Below are positions 60,991-64,000 of a stretch of DNA of 64,000 nucleotides, in pieces; within the stretch, counting starts at the first letter, position 1; every line of letters begins with the position of its first letter. The notes below the pieces were generated by a model. It was given only the letters and a program-made list of their open reading frames with translations. It made no database searches and was not told the DNA's origin. Source of the DNA: Gammaproteobacteria bacterium (GTDB taxonomy: Bacteria; Pseudomonadota; Gammaproteobacteria; CAJXQU01); assembly GCA_965238175.1 (NCBI GenBank), contig CBDEGZ010000003.1, forward strand, positions 1,248,001-1,312,000. Reading direction: 5' to 3'. A program made the position numbers and the translations under genes.

Positions 60991-62310
60991 ATGCGGAGTA
61001 TACGAATGACTAAATCAGTACTTATAAAAGCATTATTACTTTCTTTGTTAGTGAGTTTTACTTCTGTACATGCAGCAGGGTCCACAGAACAAGCTCAGTC
61101 ACAAAATGTAGGTGGCAAGTCTAGTCTTCCCCTAGATGAAATCAGAACATTTACTGAAGTTTTCCAAAAAATCAAAGACGATTACGTCGAAGAAGTTGAT
61201 GAGAAAACACTGTTGAAAAATGCCATAAAGGGCATGCTGGCAGGGCTTGATCCGCATTCAAACTATCTTGATACCAAGGCTTATGAAGGTCTGCAAGAAG
61301 GAACGACGGGCGAGTTTGGTGGGTTAGGGATAGAAGTTGGGATGGAGAATGGCTACGTTAAAGTGATTTCACCCATCGATGATACGCCAGCTTATCGTGC
61401 CGGACTGCAAGCCGGTGATCTGATCATTAAGATGGACAACGCGCCGGTTAAAGGTATGGATCTCAATGATGCGATCAAGTTGATGCGCGGCAAAGTGGGA
61501 ACCAAAATCAATTTAACGATTGTAAGAGAAGGAACAAATGGTCCTTTCGACGTGATTGTCATCAGAGATATTATTACCGTTAAAAGTGTTAGAAGTAGAA
61601 CATTAGAAGACGAATTTGGTTATGTGAGGATCTCAAGTTTTCAATCACACACAGGTGATGATTTGATTAAAGCTTTGGAAAAATTGAAAAAAGAAAATGG
61701 AAATAAATTAAAAGGAATTGTGCTAGATCTGCGTAATAATCCTGGTGGATTATTAGGCGCAGCAGTTTCGGTCTCAGATAGCTTTTTAACCAATGGTTTG
61801 ATCGTATATACACAAGGTCGTTTAGAGAATTCGGAACTTCGATTTAATGCAAAACCATCTGCTATCCTAGGTGAGACACCGTTGGTAGTGTTAGTGAATG
61901 GTGGTTCAGCATCAGCTTCGGAAATTGTGGCAGGTGCTTTGCAAGATCATCGACGTGCTGTGATTATGGGTTCGCCTACTTTTGGTAAAGGTTCTGTTCA
62001 AACAGTTCTGCCAATGAAAAATGACACTGCAGTAAAACTGACTACTGCTCGATATTACACACCATCAGGTCGATCGATTCAGGCGGAAGGAATTCAGCCA
62101 GATGTTGTGATTGAGCGTTTGCGTCTCGAAGAAGTATCCGGCCCAAATTTACAGATAAAAGAAAAAGATCTTACAGGTCATCTTACACAAGGTGATAATG
62201 AAGGTGAACAAAAAACGATGAAAGAGAAAAAGCAATCTTTGGCTAAAGAAGATTATGAATTATATGAAGCTTTAAACATGTTAAAAGGTCTAGCCTTATT
62301 GAAAAAATGA
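60991..62310 (+). CDS. ctpA: Carboxy-terminal processing protease, S41
   Basis: LDPHS, GGLGIEV PDZ, DLRNNPGG, SASASEI, TFGKGSVQ. Confidence 0.95.
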   Translation: MRSIRMTKSVLIKALLLSLLVSFTSVHAAGSTEQAQSQNVGGKSSLPLDEIRTFTEVFQKIKDDYVEEVDEKTLLKNAIKGMLAGLDPHSNYLDTKAYEGLQEGTTGEFGGLGIEVGMENGYVKVISPIDDTPAYRAGLQAGDLIIKMDNAPVKGMDLNDAIKLMRGKVGTKINLTIVREGTNGPFDVIVIRDIITVKSVRSRTLEDEFGYVRISSFQSHTGDDLIKALEKLKKENGNKLKGIVLDLRNNPGGLLGAAVSVSDSFLTNGLIVYTQGRLENSELRFNAKPSAILGETPLVVLVNGGSASASEIVAGALQDHRRAVIMGSPTFGKGSVQTVLPMKNDTAVKLTTARYYTPSGRSIQAEGIQPDVVIERLRLEEVSGPNLQIKEKDLTGHLTQGDNEGEQKTMKEKKQSLAKEDYELYEALNMLKGLALLKK

Positions 62311-63110
62311 ATCGATTTTTATCAAGAATACTTTTTAGCCTGATCTTCGGATCAGGCTTTTTTATAAGTGCAGAGTTATTTGCAGAGGAACCTGTGATTG
62401 CGATAATCATTGATGATATTGGCTGGCGAAAACAGGATGATTTACGTGCATTGGAACTTCCTGGTGCGGTAACTTACTCAGTACTTCCACAAACGTCGAA
62501 TACAGCTTTTATGTCTGAAAAAGCACGTGAAAAAGGTAAGGAAATTATGTTACATATTCCGATGGAAGCAAATAAAGATAATCATTTATTAGGTCCTGGT
62601 GCTTTGACTTCGGATATGAGTAAAGAGGAATTTATTGCAACGCTAGAAACGAATTTTCAATCCGTACCTGATGCGATCGGGATTAATAATCATATGGGCA
62701 GTTTGTTAACCAATCACAAACTTTCCATGCATAGATTAATGAATGCGATGAAGCGTCCAAACACACCTTTTTTCGTTGATAGTAAAACCACAGGATCTAC
62801 TTTGGCTGGTGATGTTGCCGAAATATATGGCATTGCAAGTACGAGAAGAGATGTATTTCTCGATAATGAAAAAGATGAAAAAAGTATTCGTGATCAGTTT
62901 CAAAAACTGGTGAAAATTGCTAAGCAAAAAGGTTCTGCTTTGGCGATTGCACATCCTCATAAAGAAACAACAGAAGCATTAAAAACATTATTAACTGATC
63001 TGAAAAGTTTTGGTGTTAAATTAATCCCAATGTCAGAATTTATGCATTATAGAGATGCAAAGAACTATGAATGGCATGAATCATCTCCGTTAACAAAGAT
63101 AAAGAATTGA
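62307..63110 (+). CDS. Divergent polysaccharide deacetylase (YibQ family)
   Basis: IAIIIDDIG, LHIPME, GINNHMGS, FVDSKT, RDVFLD, AIAHP. Confidence 0.92.
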   Translation: MNRFLSRILFSLIFGSGFFISAELFAEEPVIAIIIDDIGWRKQDDLRALELPGAVTYSVLPQTSNTAFMSEKAREKGKEIMLHIPMEANKDNHLLGPGALTSDMSKEEFIATLETNFQSVPDAIGINNHMGSLLTNHKLSMHRLMNAMKRPNTPFFVDSKTTGSTLAGDVAEIYGIASTRRDVFLDNEKDEKSIRDQFQKLVKIAKQKGSALAIAHPHKETTEALKTLLTDLKSFGVKLIPMSEFMHYRDAKNYEWHESSPLTKIKN

Positions 63111-63140
63111 TCGTTTGGATATGTTTAAAGTGGGCGCTGA

Positions 63141-63731
63141 TTGATATTGCTTGCAGATGAAGGAAAAGAGTTATTTTTAGTAGAAGGTAAATCTGCAGGA
63201 AGTACGTTACGACGAGTAATTGAATATTATAATCAGAAGAGTGTTCAAGAAGTTCTAGCTTTGCAGGGTAAGCTGATTAATGTACCTAAAGCTTCGCCAG
63301 AAAAAGTAGTTGTAGATTTAGAGTGTAAAAAGATCATTGAAATACTTTCATGTGGTGTGAAAGATAGTTGTCATCCTGAAAAAATAAAATACTCTTGTAT
63401 TTTGATCTTATCTGATCCAGATTTAGATGGTACTCATTCACGCGCTTTGCTTCTAACACTGTTTAATATTTACTTTCGACCCTTGGTCGATGTTGGGTTG
63501 ATTTCAGTTATTATTCCACCACTTTTCCGTCTTACTCTAAAGCCGGCACTAAGTAAATCAGAAGAGCACTATCATTATGCGTGGAATGAGCAAGAACGTG
63601 ATCAAATAAAAAAAGATAGTGAGGGTATAGTTTCAGTTACGCGGTTTAAGGGTATCGCACAGTTTTCGCAACAAGAATGTTTACGATTATTTTTGGATCC
63701 TGAGACGCGAAAGAAAATTAATTTAAGCTGA
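63141..63731 (+). CDS. Stand-alone GyrB/ParE-type TOPRIM domain protein
   Basis: ELFLVEGKSA, LQGKLINV, DPDLDG.H, PPLF, RFKG, DPETR; only 196 aa, no ATPase domain. Confidence 0.75.
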   Translation: MILLADEGKELFLVEGKSAGSTLRRVIEYYNQKSVQEVLALQGKLINVPKASPEKVVVDLECKKIIEILSCGVKDSCHPEKIKYSCILILSDPDLDGTHSRALLLTLFNIYFRPLVDVGLISVIIPPLFRLTLKPALSKSEEHYHYAWNEQERDQIKKDSEGIVSVTRFKGIAQFSQQECLRLFLDPETRKKINLS

Positions 63732-63763
63732 AAATCAAAAAAACAGAACATAATAAAAATAGA

Positions 63764-64000
63764 ATGGAGAAAAAATAATTAAAAAACTCTCTCAAAAATC
63801 ATTTGTATTATTAGCTGGAATCATGAGTCTTATCTTAACGATGGGCATAGCGCGTTTTTCTTATACGCCGCTGATACCTGTGATGCTAGAACAAACTTTG
63901 CTTTCAGATTTTAGTGCAGGGTTACTCGCTATGTTTAATTATCTTGGTTATTTCTGTGGCGTGCTGATTGTCGCGTCAGTGAGTGATCTTGTGTTCAAAG
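63764..64000 (+). CDS. YbfB/YjiJ-family MFS transporter, partial; ATG is out of frame by one base in an A run
   Basis: LAGIMSLILTMGIARFSYTPLIP.M...AGLLA..NYLGY..G. Confidence 0.7.

Noticed and set aside
1366-62960. Many 60-150 aa ORFs antisense or out of frame to recognised genes
   Set aside because: Shadow ORFs without motifs or RBS

Overview
AT-rich gammaproteobacterial chromosome segment, probably marine (tmRNA tag ANDDNYALAA; delta-class carbonic anhydrase; VPLPA-CTERM protein). The core backbone is nadC-mscS-traB-nagZ, hslVU, djlA, ssrA/smpB/ratAB, bamE/fur-ubiE-ubiJ-ubiB, a MoxR/Bat operon, gpsA-secB-rhodanese and gpmI-envC-ctpA-yibQ. Two decaying accessory zones interrupt it. The first (~7.9-31.6 kb) holds AraC+aldehyde dehydrogenase, H-NOX+kinase, a 328-bp ERIC-like MITE, ferredoxin+reductase, several pseudogenes, an IS10-like element with a 9-bp TSD, a degenerate copy of the tmRNA 3' end bounding a mini-island with a delta carbonic anhydrase, and an IS481 with a 7-bp TSD. 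The second (34.4-42.3 kb, between ratB and bamE) holds an IS3 remnant, a PHP-like hydrolase and an XRE-HTH/degenerate-HAD fusion separated by an IS1111-type IS110, and an integrase-less array of three attC sites. Short guides matching the IS1111 element's own target and donor junction can be read in its non-coding end. A stand-alone GyrB-type TOPRIM gene lies near the right end. No CRISPR array, rRNA or tRNA was seen. All family calls come from motif recognition by eye; no searches were run.
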